Source: Lingula anatina (Eukaryota; Animalia; Brachiopoda). Taken from it: a stretch of 64,000 bases of DNA. The notes under the pieces are model-generated. The model searched no databases. It was not told the origin of the DNA and saw nothing but the letters and a program-made list of their open reading frames with translations. Positions within the stretch are counted from its first letter, which is position 1. Each line of letters starts with the position of its first letter. This document shows positions 10,142-22,808 of this stretch, piece by piece. Both the position numbers and the translations under genes were made by a program. The stretch lies in contig CM120642.1 in NCBI GenBank assembly GCA_051362555.1, forward strand, positions 18,786,001 through 18,850,000, given 5' to 3'.

Positions 10142-11752
10142 CTAGCTTTTTTCAAGCTGTTTTATTTTTTGTTGCAACTTTTCAAGATCAAATTGCAGAC
10201 TCTGATTTCTTTCTAGGAGACTTGCTTTCTCACTGATCAGATCATCAACGTGTTGTGACAACTCTTTCACTCTTTCTTCAAGCCTTTCCACTTTTGCCCT
10301 GCACGATGGGCGCTTGCATCGAGACTTTACATGTGTACACTTCGCCTCTACATCCTGTGAACATTGTGGATCAGAAGGCAAATTGTTCACTTTAGAGGCA
10401 TAGTTCTTACTGTAGCTGTGAACATCCACAATAGAGTACGGAGGGCATATCATCTTTTCAGATGTGTCCATAGGCTCAGTGACCCTCCTTTTTACAAGCT
10501 TCACGCCATCAAAAATAACACCATGCTGGAATATAGCAACAGCCTCTAAGACTTTGCCAGGAAAAACATGATCAGCAAACTTTGGAAGAATTTCCCTGGC
10601 CTTTTCCTTCTCAAGCTGTAGCAGAATCTGACACAGATTGTCAACATCAGTCGGATCTGTTCCTAGATATTTTAGTGCAAGGGAGCGTGCAGTTGTCAAT
10701 GGTAGGTATTGAGCAACGTGAGCCAGTGTCTCACAGATTATGTGATCAGAGAATTTAGTGGCTGCTGATATTGCACTTTCCTTGCTTTGTGCCCATTCTG
10801 GATAGCATTTCAAGTACATGGTGGGAATGCGACTTCCTGCTAGTGGTTTCCCATATCTGAAAAGAGGAAACAATGTTTTACCACAAATTCAACATCACAA
10901 ACCACTGCAATGAAAAAAGATATCTATCAAAAATATGAATGCACCTGGTTTTTATTTTACTAGTATTTGTACAGAACTACATGTACTAAGAATATCAAAC
11001 CACTAAAATTATAGTTATTCTACTGGTCAATATGTTGGCAATTTTATTCAACACACAAAGTGCCTCACTGCCCAAAAGCAGGTGTCATTTAACTTAACCT
11101 AAAGTGATTACTGCATATTCTTGTGTTGGCATTGACAGTGTAACCAAGACGGTCAATCTTCACTTGCCACTTGAGATACTCATCAGGACGGGGTGCATGC
11201 ATCTGTAACTCCATTACATGGGGCATAACGATGCACCTGAAAACAGCATATAAGTTATAAAATATATATGCATGTAAATTTATCTTTATATTTTTAACTG
11301 AGAATTTACAAAACTTACAGCCGTGGCATTGCCACAACCTTTGTTTAGAATTTTATTTTAATGCATTATTAAAAATTTTTTAAATTTTTTTAGATGAATA
11401 TAAAACCAAATTCTCACAGCTGCGGCACTGTTTATGAGGCTGGACAACGTTTATATATGTATTAATATTATCAATATGACATACATATATCTTATGGGGC
11501 AGAGGGGGTTTGCTATAATGTACGGTTATTATTACTTTAGAAATATATCACTGATTATCCTGAGTATTTTAATATTATATTTAAAATAAAAATATAACTG
11601 AAGGGGTATTTACATGTTAAAGCAATCTAGCCCCAAATGCCCAGCGAACTTTCTGTGTTGACTAACGCTACCACTGCTGTTGTTTAAATATACTACCTTT
11701 TCCGGTATCTTCTGTCATTTCTGCAACTGAACGCACTGCAGTTTGTTGACAT
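10142..11752 (-). CDS. THAP zinc-finger protein with C-terminal coiled coil (about 302 aa, 3 exons)
   Basis: Exons 11752-11697, 11236-11099 and 10856-10142 have GT-AG, phase-2 junctions that join in frame. Product: MSTNCSAFSCRND...LKWQVKIDR...TRICSNHFRYGKPLAGSRIPTMYL (THAP C-x4-C...W...C-x2-HF...PT box), then DVHSY and a heptad-rich tail. No DDE domain seen. Confidence 0.82.
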
Positions 11753-11870
11753 GTTCGGCTGTTTCTTGCCTAAGTGTGCTCACACCGGTGGCTATATTTT
11801 CTACAGTAAACGCATTAGAATGTAGCTCTTCTTGGATGACCTTTACCTTAATCGCTAACCTAGTTTCAAC
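11753..11870. promoter_or_regulatory. Putative bidirectional promoter between THAP gene and GCLM
   Basis: Divergent ATGs at 11752 (-) and 11871 (+) with 118 bp between them. Confidence 0.65.
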
Positions 11871-14800
11871 ATGGCCGACGAAATTCCAATTTTTCCTAAG
11901 GCTGGGTCGATTTTGATAAATACTGGGAGTATTGTGAATTGGAATCGTCTGAAGAGGAAGCCGAACCACACGCCCACAGATGAGGTAATATTGTGTCGCT
12001 TTTGGTACCATGACGTTGTACCAATTTTGTGAAAACAACGTGAATGTCTTTGTTTACAAATGACATAGGCAGTCAACATGTAACTGGGAGTAACAAAAAG
12101 CCTTTAAAATTTGCTTTGTCATGGTGAACTTTCACTTTTCTCTTTCATTTTCAATGTCGTGCTAAAATAATAATAATTATAATGAAGATTATAAAAATGA
12201 TCAACCTTGCGTTTACTAAGATATTAATTAATTAATTATTATTATTATTTTAAATAATCATATTTATAATGTTTCTCTCTGTTTTATCTAGCTGAAAGAG
12301 TGTATAAGTGCCACTGTGGGGTCTTGGCTCAACGATTTGGATAAAACTAAAGCACAGGTAGATTTCCTTTATTTTGTGAATTATTATTTTTATATAAAAT
12401 ATGTAGATTAACTTTAGAATTGACAGATTGGGGGATTTTTTGACATCAAAATGTGCAGAATTAGATGTCATATTTCAATTTAACATTTGTTAGAACAGAA
12501 ATCCTTTGTCGACAGGTTGTTGCAATGTGGTTTACTACACAAAGGGTGCTTTCCCAGAGATTTAGATCGATCTAAAGATTAAGTTTTAGATCAACCTAAT
12601 TCCCTGAGGGTTCATGCTAAATTGCAGTCAGCCGAGCGGACACCATAGTTAATTACCCCCTTACAGCTTTTAGTAGGTGGGACAGACGCTTAAGCCTGCC
12701 AAGCTGACAGTAATCTAGTGAGACTCCCCACAGGGATAGATCGATCTAAAAATCTATGGAAATGGGGTGAAAGAATCATATAGTGTAATAATGTACTTTT
12801 GACTATACATACTAGCACCTCTTTATTCTTTTCTGTGTATCAGTATTTTTATTGCTGCATGTTATTTTTAAGATTTATTTTCAGTGCATGTATATGAAAG
12901 ATATTTCATTTCCTTTTTCAGTATGCAACTGACCTGAAATGTATAAATCCAACTTTTAGCAGCAATCTCTCTGGAGATGATAGAGAACAGCTCAAAATTA
13001 CTGGTATTTCAATTTTTACATATTTGGATAGCTCTCAAGAAAAATCCTAGTATTTTTTTTGTCCTTTTTTTCGACTTTAGAATATCATCATAAGATTTGG
13101 ACAGATATTTATCTTGAGACTTTATTGAAGCTTACTCTTTTTTTTCTTTCTCTGTCATATGGTCTTAATTTATATAGACTCACCCTTCAAGAAATCAACA
13201 AAAATGGGAATATTTTCAAATTTGAACAGGTGTTCTAGATAAATTATGCTAGGTAATGCTCTAAAATTTTGCTTATGGGTGTAATATCATATAATATCAT
13301 AATATCATATCTTTTTAGGTCTCGCAAAGAAAAATTCTCAGTGTGTACCTGTTTTTTTAAATTATTATTTACATAAACTGAAGTAAACAATGCATCAGTC
13401 AAAGTTATTATTTCTTTTTTTCTGTAAGTTTTTCTATGTACTTATTTTAATTATTTATTTTTATTTTACAGTGAAGATATTTGTAACTCAGCCAGATCCA
13501 TTGGCTTTAGAAGATGCAATAGAAAAAGGTAGATAACATCAAGTATTATATGACTTGTTATTATAGCACATCATTGTATTTTATCATATATTATATCACA
13601 TAAAAATATCTCTTATTATATATATAATGTCATATATATATTTCATCACCTTTCATCCTTTGGTATTAGTATCATATATCACTTAAGATTGTATATCTTA
13701 TCAGCACTATTTGTTTTTGCATGCACACATGCATGCACTGCATATCTGTGATTCAAAAAATTTTTCATAATTCCATAAACTTTCAATCAGTTACCCATAG
13801 CACCACCACAAATGGGTTAAAGACTTAAAGTGCATAAAGAATTTTTTATGACTTGATTGAACTGTAAATTCACCAACTCAGAATATTTGTAGATTAAGTC
13901 AAGATACAAAAACTTCTTTAAAACATTTAATGACTTACATGTAGGTGTAACTATAAATTTTCTACACATATGCAAAAATATTATTTTAGTTTTGGCAGAC
14001 TTGGATGTGACCAGTTTGGAGACAGTACTACTGTCACTGTCCCAGCCAGACCAAAAGTCCGTGTCTATGGATGGGATAAAAACACTGTGGGAAGTACTGG
14101 AAAGAATGGTAGAAAAAGAGAAGATTCTCGCCATTGGTATTAGTGACCTTGCCAAGGATGAACTTGAACAGTTACACACTTGGTCCACAGTAAGAGAAAC
14201 TGTTGCCGTATTCACAATAGTGGATTATCCAATCCACGGAACAAATATGGCTGATCCACTTAAGTGCTTGTTGTGTTATCTCCGGGGGAATCTTATCAAT
14301 GTGTATTAGGGGATTCTTCAGCAAGTTTTTAAGTGAGTCCCCATATTTTATCTGTAGATGGACTAGTACGCTGTTGTGAATACTGCCTGTGACACACCAG
14401 TTCCAGATCACTTACAGGGTGTCTTGAAATAATTAACTCACTCTTTGACTTCACATTACTCATTTTGATTTGATTTAATTGTTTATTGACATCGATACAA
14501 GTGCTACGAGTTAAAAAAATAAAATTATATTAAAATTATATTAAAATAACAAATTGAATAAACATTTTTAAAAACTTTTATTTTCTCAAAAAACAAACAA
14601 AAAAAAATTGATTAGTATAATGGGCAGTCAAAGAGTAAGTGCAATTTTTGGGGACATCTGTTTCTATTTATTTATGTATAGAACAATCTATCATTTAATG
14701 CAAAAAAATAGCAATACTGAAAAGGAGAAAAGTGAATCAGGAAACTAACGTTCATTCCATCTTATTATTTTTTTTCTGATTTTTAGGTCAAGCCCTGTAT

Positions 14801-15695
14801 TAACCATGTCAACTTGGCCAGCTGTTGTGTAATGCCCCCTGAGCTGACAGAATATGCCAAGGAGCAGGATATACAACTACTAACTCACAGTGATCCCAAA
14901 GGCAAGTCTGACATAGCGACTGTATATTTACCAGGTTTGCTGCCTATTTAAAAAGTTTGAAATCCACCTCCTCAGCGGCAGTATCCTATGACTTTATCAA
15001 ACATGGTGTATTGTATGCCAAATCTATCCATCCGCCACCAGTCTGATGAGTGGGATGGATAGCATTTTCCTCCAGTGGGCAAAGTATTTAGGAATATGGT
15101 TCTCTGTCTGAAATAGTGACTGTATACTTGTAAGATTTGCTGTCTGTTTAAGACTGGAGATGTCTCTTCTTGTATTTTATAATTCCAGCAGTTGGTCATT
15201 ATAATATGGATATTTGTTACATTTGTGTTAATGTGATCTTTTTATTGCTGCATTGTCATTGTTCTTGTCATTTATATATTTGTTGTTGTTGTTTTTTTTT
15301 GTTTTTTTTTTCTGACAATGAAATTTCACCAAGCCGAGATAGCTTCTGAACGTGTAGAAAATGACACCGAATTTCTTTTTTTCACGTATTTTCTTTTTGA
15401 ATCCAGCTGGTGACTATACTTTTTTGTCTTTTTCTTTCACTTTAATTTTATTTTGTCTTTATTTCATTATAATTCAATTTCATGTTAATTTGGTTTTTGC
15501 CTTTTTCAATTCACAGAAATGTTCCCAGACAAGACTTTCCAAGACGTTCTCTGCACTACAGCGACTGAGAAAGACTCGGAGGGTTGGTCAGTATCCTGGA
15601 TAGCCCGCTACACAGCATTGGTCAAGGACCGGGGGATCATTAAAGCCAAGGGGTATCTAGTCAAAGCTGTCAGAGATGTCAAAAAAGGGAAGTGA
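11871..15695 (+). CDS. GCLM: Glutamate-cysteine ligase modifier (regulatory) subunit, 270 aa, 7 exons
   Basis: Exons 11871-11984, 12292-12357, 12922-13003, 13472-13528, 13990-14189, 14787-14901 and 15517-15695 join in frame (813 nt). Motifs TGSIVNWNRLKRK, LWEVLE, IGISDL, VKPCINHVNLASCCVMPPEL, DIQLLTHSDP and WIARY...RGIIKAKGY match GCLM. Confidence 0.96.
12108..12127 (-). promoter_or_regulatory. Antioxidant response element (Nrf2/CncC-Maf site) in GCLM intron 1
   Basis: The minus strand reads TCA CC ATGAC AAA GCA AATT, matching every position of the extended ARE consensus TMAnnRTGAYnnnGCRwwww. GCLM is a known Nrf2 target. Confidence 0.65.
12550..12762. mobile_element. Palindromic MITE in GCLM intron 2 (same family as 30697-30929)
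   Basis: Ends ttcccagagatttagatcgatcta / tagatcgatctaaaaatctatggaa. Internal gctaaattgc and cagctt..agtagg..gacagac are shared with the 30.7 kb copy. Confidence 0.7.
14415..14660. mobile_element. Tc1/mariner-like MITE in GCLM intron 5
   Basis: TA|CAGGGTGTC...ACTCTTTGAC pairs imperfectly with GTCAAAGAGT...GACATCTG; the interior is AT-rich. Confidence 0.65.
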
Positions 15696-15805
15696 TGTCA
15701 CAAAATGGGAATTATGTCATGAACAGGAAGTGATGTCACAAAATGGGAATTATTTCATGAACAGGAAGTGATGTCTCACAATTTGTGAACAGGAAATGAC
15801 GTTAT
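15688..15805 (+). repeat. 38-bp tandem repeat overlapping the GCLM stop codon
   Basis: ggaagtgatgtcacaaaatgggaattat(g/t)tcatgaaca at 15688 and 15726, with partial copies at 15764 and about 15792. Confidence 0.85.
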
Positions 15806-16670
15806 GAAAAAAATTGCAACTCTCCCTGCATAGTGTCAGTGTAGTAGAAGGAGAGAATTTTTCATACTTGTATTCATAAAGTTACCATACAGTAATAGCT
15901 CATAAAAATATACTGGAGTGATAGACATTTAGTTATCCAATATTATTTGCTAAAAGGTTGTGATTGAATAAAAAGGAAGTGAAATGATATTCAGAAAAAG
16001 GGATGTCACACTGTCACAGTGATGTCATAAACCAGAAGTGGTGTTACAAAGAGGAAATGTTGAGCTTCTGCAATATTCACTCCAAATTTCAAAGTCTTAT
16101 GACATATTCACTATAGAAGTTCATTTTGGCCATATTTAGAGCACTGGTCATGTACACAGAGTCAGACAATTAAGTAAGTGTGCCAAAAATATAGAGCATT
16201 CACTTTCATTTAGTGACTGAATACGAAAAGAAAACACAAAACCTAAAAGTTCATGTATTTTTTTTATCTAAAACTGCATAAAATATGAAGTCTGTTTTTT
16301 CTATTACTTTGAAAAAGTTACTGCAGCGACTGTTGGTCCCATAAATCATGGGTTTGGAATTGTATTACTTGAGCTGCTAATGTATTGAGCATTTAACATT
16401 CAAGTTTTCTTTTTAGCATTTAGAGCCAATATGATGAACTTAAATGGCTAGTGTATAAATTTTTGTAAAGGAAATCTGTAAGCACACTGTTACAGGTTGA
16501 GATAGCTTTATGAAAGTATTGAGCCAAGATTGATGTAAAATTTATGTATTTTGTAAAATTTTGAAGTTAAGATTTTTTTCTCACCATATGTATCTCTGGT
16601 CTGTAAGGGATGTGCTTTATACTTGTATAGTTTATAAAGAATAATGTAGATATGTACAAGATCCATGCAG

Positions 16671-16710
<40 letters not shown>

Positions 16711-17602
16711 ACATGCACAAATACAGACTACAATATTGTATATAATTTTCATTGATAAGGTGAGGGATATTATGCATGTCTATATCCAATTTTCTACATT
16801 TTTAAGCGTAGGAGTACAGTCAACATTTTGCTGTAGAGTTTTGTGGCGTAAAAAGTTGATAATAACACTAATGAATAGTTTTTTAATTTCATTTCAGCAG
16901 TCTTAATACACATGCCATACGTGTGTTATCTGCAGACTATGAGCATATAAAACAGAAAGTTGGGAGAACAATAAAAATGATTACTTGTTTTAGTTTCTTT
17001 ATACAAATATTGCTGGCTTCTTTTTATGTGCTGAATGTTATTTTTCTGACCCGAGAGAAAGATATCACACTTTTTTCAAAACCTTTTAATATGAGTAGAA
17101 ATTGGTTAAATTTACTTATAAATTTAAGTTACCTTGCAAGCTGAAGAATTGGCTAAGTAATATAAAAATCACAAGAAATCAAGTCAGTGCTTCAAAAATT
17201 TTTATTTACCCGTGACTTATCTTGAGAAATGGAATTCTTATTCATGCATAATTAGAAATAAACAATAGTAAGAATCGCTTCTAATACAATACCAAGTTTT
17301 GATAAAGGCCTGTGTACCTTGTTTAACAAAGACATGAGATATTTGTGCTCGGGGGAAAGTCCAAATTAACGGCTCCTATATATTCCTACAGTGCTAAATA
17401 AGGGCCAGATGCATCTTATTTAGCAAACATATTTTCAGACTGGCTCCATCGCTGGAATTTATTCTTTTACCCCCATTTTGCATGGAGTCAGAACTTTTTG
17501 TTTGACTTATTTATCACCAACTACCTGAAAATTATAATCCCTATATATACACTGTATATTACATATTATAAATAGGATTTGCAAGACGTCTACCAGTTTC
17601 CT

Positions 17603-20600
17603 TTAGACAATTATGGGTGTATGGTCAAAAGCCGCCCTTTCTTTGGCATTAACTGCTACAGACGCTTGTTGAGGCAACACATCTTGTTGCTGAGTTTGAT
17701 TTTGTAAAATATACTCCACTCCGGCAACACCGTAAATGCATAGGCGCAGTTTGTACAGGCAGAACACAACCGAATGCATTAGAGGAATCACTAGCACAAC
17801 TATCGCAATCGACTCCGCCGCAGCGACTTCGGGTATATTCGTATATTCCATCGGCGAGCATATATGATTGTATTCGTCCGCTGTATTCGACCCCCCTGCG
17901 GCCCAGTATATTGGGGCAAATATCAAATAAACTGTTGCATAAACCATTGGTATGTACATGTGTAGTAAACGGACTGGTATGGCGACGACGAACAGATCGA
18001 CAAGTACCACCATGGCGTTCAAGAGATGAGCCGTGACGGTCGTAATGTTGAGTTTGGTTGTCTCCGCTGGAAGAAATATAGACAACCAGATTATAAAACA
18101 CCCTTTGCAGTAATAAGCTCAAAGTTAGTCATGGTCTAATAGATGAAAAAAGTCGAAAAAAGTCGTTTTAAATTGATTAGAATGTAATTTGTAAATGCTT
18201 TTTCTTTACGAGAAATAGCCTATCTATAAATTTAATCTCTAGACTAACCGAATTGTAGGCCAACTAAAATGAAATAAATTGAACTGTAAAATGCCACGAA
18301 TGGCTCCTGATACTTATTTGTAAGTCATATTATTTAAAAAAGGGGGTATAAATTCCGTAATTGTATTTCCAAAAAGGTCCACATTTGATTAATCAACAAT
18401 CCTTTTTCTATTCTGGTGAAAAATACCCTCTTTCTCAGCGATCATTGAATGTTATGAGAGTCTCAAATCTCACAAATTTGCTTTACAAATCGCATAATGT
18501 TTGCTGACGACGACTTCTCAGGCGCCAAATCGATATTTAAGGTCTAGAAATAAAAAATAGCGCCAAAAAAGTATGGATTATTGGATACAAATGAAACCAG
18601 ATAGTCACCGGTGTGTTTGTAGGAATCGCGCGCTTGCCGTCGCCCCTCTCAAAGATCAAGCCAGTGGCACTGATTATAAAGCGTACTGGAGTATCTAATT
18701 TTTTACTGATTATTTTAGATGGATTTATGATTTATTTGTCATGTCTTTATAAAAAAGTGAATGGGACTTAACTGCCATTGATTTACACATTTGACGACCT
18801 AAAATATGACACCAGACTCGTAAGCAGGGGTCTCCCAGTGTCCGGGAGGGAGGGGGGGGGGAGGTGAAGTGATAGACAGAACTGCAACATCATTTTAATT
18901 TTTTTTAAATTGAACTATGTTCCGTGCCATTTGAAATAAGCACGTAGGTTTTGCGGTGTGATAAGGACTTTTTTCCCTGAAACCACATTTAAACCTGCTG
19001 GCTGCAAGCCCGGCTGGTAAACCTGGACAACGATTTAGTATTAACTTCACGGAGTAAATCTCTCGGTTGCAATATTTCCTGCCGTGAAATAATTATAATT
19101 GTCCGTGTATGCGGTGAGTGGAAACATGCCCTGGACGAATAATTGCCATTGTTTATATCAAAGTCAGCTACTTCCCGGAAATCGGGTCTAATTATGAAAA
19201 GCTGTTTTTTAATTTCCTAGGAAGATCATACCCTCTACCAGGGCGACGGATTGATTTTCCACAGATATTCACTGATATGTCTCTAGATAAATAGACAGTC
19301 ATTTTGGTCTGATGTCACTTCAGCCAAAAATGTCCACAATAATAAACGCGGCTCTGGTAGAGGGTAGGAAGATCAAGCATTGACATCCTATTGCAGTTTA
19401 GTTTGGGCGCAGCTTTTTCGCGCTAGCTTCGGGAATTTAATTGAGGACAGACAGCGATTTTTTTCCACTTTCAGTTCTGCAGAGAATTGGGGATGTAGCC
19501 GAATTAGCGCAGTGTACTTAACTTTTGGCACAGCTTGAATTCAAGTAATGGCAGTCTGCCTTGTAAACAAATCTATAGGGATGTGAGTAAGTCTGGTCTT
19601 CATCGAATTTGCCCTGGCGAGCACGCCTTTTAGATTTCCTAGTAGTCTAATACTGTTAATCTGGGATTTGTTTTTCAGGGATTAAATCGAGGGTGGTAAC
19701 CGAGAGAAATCAAAATCAGATTTTCCCCAATATTCAGTTTCGGGTCCAATTTAATAAATATAGGGGCTTTACTGCATTACCAGTATGTTTAGAAGATTGC
19801 TAAGAGTCTGTGTTAGGAAATGTACTATAAAAGATGCTAAGTCACATCCAAGCTCGGGTCCTCTACAGTAAGTTAACGGCCGGACCAAAAACAGGGAATT
19901 TAAGAGTAGCCTAATATGAAATATGTCTTGGCTACGACTTGAGCACCATTTACAGTGCCGCGTCTCTCAAAAAATCAATTCCGGGAAAGGAATGAGCTCC
20001 GGAAGAATTAAGCGGTGATAGATCTGTCAGAACTGAGCTGGAAAATTACGGTATTTGTCCGAGAACAAAATGATATCAGCCGACAGGGAACAGAGAAATG
20101 GAGTGTAGTACTTGTCTGGTACTTTGTTTTATCGGGATGATGATGGATCGATTTTTTAAAGAGAGTGCCATAAGTCATCCGCCCAGACGATCAGAATTGC
20201 TTGCTCTTCAACGTGCCGGATTCGATTCTTCCAGATTTGTTTTTGTTTAATACATCAAATGCTCATTAAAGGAAATACGGTGGGCACCGATGCATTATTT
20301 TTATTTAATTTCATTCATTTGCTATCATTTTCAGAGATGGCATATTCCATAAAAATAACAGTAGATGATTAAAAAAAAAGAGACAAAAAAGAAAAAAAAC
20401 TGTGAAACCTATGCACTTGTATGCTTGGCTTGTACAACACCCCGTGGGTGGTGATTATCAAAGTGACGTCGAGATTAGGCTCACACAGCAAGGTATATTG
20501 ACATTTCCATGAAAATCAGGGTGAGAGCTGCTTACCTCTGTAGACCAGAATCCAGTACAAAACCATCATACACAGCGCGCTGTTCGTCGCTATGTTAAAC

Positions 20601-22404
20601 AATGCCCAGGAAAGTTTCAGATAACCGTGCATATGTGAGTTGCAGGCACTTGTAGCATACCCTGAAAACCAGTAGACAATGGATTTAGCTCATGTTAAAA
20701 CACGTACAATCACGCGCACGCGCACGCACACACCCACTCTAAACATGGACGCACGAAAACACTCCCATGCGATTTACTTCAACAAAGGCTAATAATACCA
20801 TAAAATCCCCCCCGGAATAATAATGAAAAAAAACGTCTTCCTAAGGGAAGTTAAATTAAGTTAATTTATTTAAAAACACCAATTTTCGCCTGAGATAATT
20901 TTGTTCCAGAAAACTCTTGTCCTCTGTCATAATAAATAGATTGATGAGGATATTATTAAACTACGATTTTGGAAAATTGCTGTGCTCCTTCACGGGTTTA
21001 TGATGCATTAAGGGTAGGGATGGGCTTTCTTTCAGTTCATCCACAAGACAATTATATAGTTAAAAAGTACCTGATTGAATTTGTACTGGATTTTTATCCA
21101 TCCAATATATGCTACTGATACCAGAAGATAGGCCCATTGAGTTATTTTTCACGATGGCATCGAAGTTCAATTAAAAAACCGACAAGATTACGATTATTCA
21201 GTTCGTGTTTTGATTGTTGAAACAAGAAATGCTTGCAGGGGGGAAAGTGGGAACTGTGAAAACAATGTCATGTTACTAATCAATTCTAAATTTTGCGTCA
21301 TCTCCTTTCTCCAGTGGTAAATACAACACGCTGCGACCACGTTGGAAGAAATGTCGCAAGGCTTCTTTTATATCACACAAAGTACTTTCTACTACTTGAT
21401 AGGTGATCCTCCTTTCTATTGAATCACTCACTTTTCAGTGTTGAGCGTGGTGTCAAGTCGTTGTGACATTTTAACATTTTTGCTCACAATGAAACAGAAA
21501 AAGGTAATTGTTTAGGCAGGGGCTCGGGTTTGCCATGAGTACGGTGTGATTTGAATGTCAACATAGAAAATGCAACGTTATTCCTAATCACGGTGGCGTG
21601 TTTTTGATACCAAAATAGTTGGTTCTACTGCAAAATTCTGCATATCCCGAATGTACAACTTTTACCATGTAAATGTCTTTCTGTTTGTAGCAATGACAGT
21701 AAAAAAATTAACACAGCTTGTTAGCAAATTTAGAGCTTCATGCACATGTACATGTTTCTTTGGCTTTGATTCAACCATCATCATGTTAACTCTCGACCTC
21801 CAGTGTAGACTAATCTCAAATGAACGCGTTTACAAGCTTGTTAGCCGCAAAATTAAGATGAAGCTTAATTATGTATCCGTCTTAACAATGTCTAATTTTG
21901 AAAGAGCCTAGGCCTGTGCTTTGTGAACCACCACCGAAGAAAATTGGATTAATTTCCTTCACAGAGAATCCATCACATTTATCCCATGACCTCTTTGCCG
22001 GAAAATATTTTAGCGTATTTTGGAATCGATCGTAATGCACTTCTCAATAATTGATGGATGAGAGACATATTTTTTTGATCCGAGAATGGCATGCTCCATC
22101 TAGATTACATATTGTGCTCTCTGTCTTACATGTGATGGTAGGCGAGGTAGACAGCGATATCAGGTTTTAATGACAAGATAATAGATATAGGACGTGATGA
22201 GTTTCATTTAAAAGGAGAAATCTTTTTAATATTACAGTGTATGTTTATATGGAAATAGGTTCGAAGTTCAAAAATATCATTTTTAGGCCGTGATTCACAT
22301 TGAAAGGACATGAAAATGCGCATCTGTGCAGTTTAATACGCCCACAGTGACACGCACAAACAGGAACATGCTCACACTGGCTCTCTCTTGATTACAGCAG
22401 CACG

Positions 22405-22454
<50 letters not shown>

Positions 22455-22808
22455 CACGCAGAGCGTACAAAAAATTCACACGCAAACACACACGCCCTTG
22501 CACCAAAACGCACGCACACTAACACAAACACCCTCCCAAAAGCGCACGCGCCGACACAAGACAAGACAAAAAAAACAAAAAAACACATGGACAATACCTG
22601 CTTCTCTTTTAAACTTGAGATACGATGTCGTGGAGGTAAGAGCCAGTATCACCAGGTGCAAGGTCAGAGTAATGTACGACCAGTTGGAGATAAAGATGAG
22701 GTATTTGGCGCCATGCTCGTACGTAGAGACGTTATAGATGAAGATGATGATAAAATACAAAGCCGCCAGGCAACGGTAGATTACATATGAGATGTGGAAC
22801 TTTCTCAC
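17603..22808 (-). CDS. Rolling stone-like multipass membrane protein, paralogue A (first exon not found)
   Basis: Exons 22808-22598, 20661-20536 and 18066-17603 join in frame with the same intron phases as paralogue B. Motifs YVIYR, KYLIFISNWS, LSWALFNIA, LYWILVY, HLLN, AIPVRLLH, YWAAGG, LYKLR. Confidence 0.82.
19229..19366. mobile_element. MITE with 9-bp TSD (Mutator-like)
   Basis: TIR TACCCTCTACCAG...CTGGTAGAGGGTA. GGAAGATCA is duplicated at 19220-19228 and 19367-19375. Confidence 0.85.

Noticed and set aside
11715-12079. Minus-strand ORFs 11715-12038 and 11855-12079
   Set aside because: They are antisense to GCLM exon 1 and the promoter. The THAP start is at 11752 in another frame.
19555-19620. 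Minus-strand peptide RLTHIPIDLFTR resembling the end of rost exon 1
   Set aside because: It lies inside the last intron of paralogue A (wrong order), has no GT donor, and the match is short.
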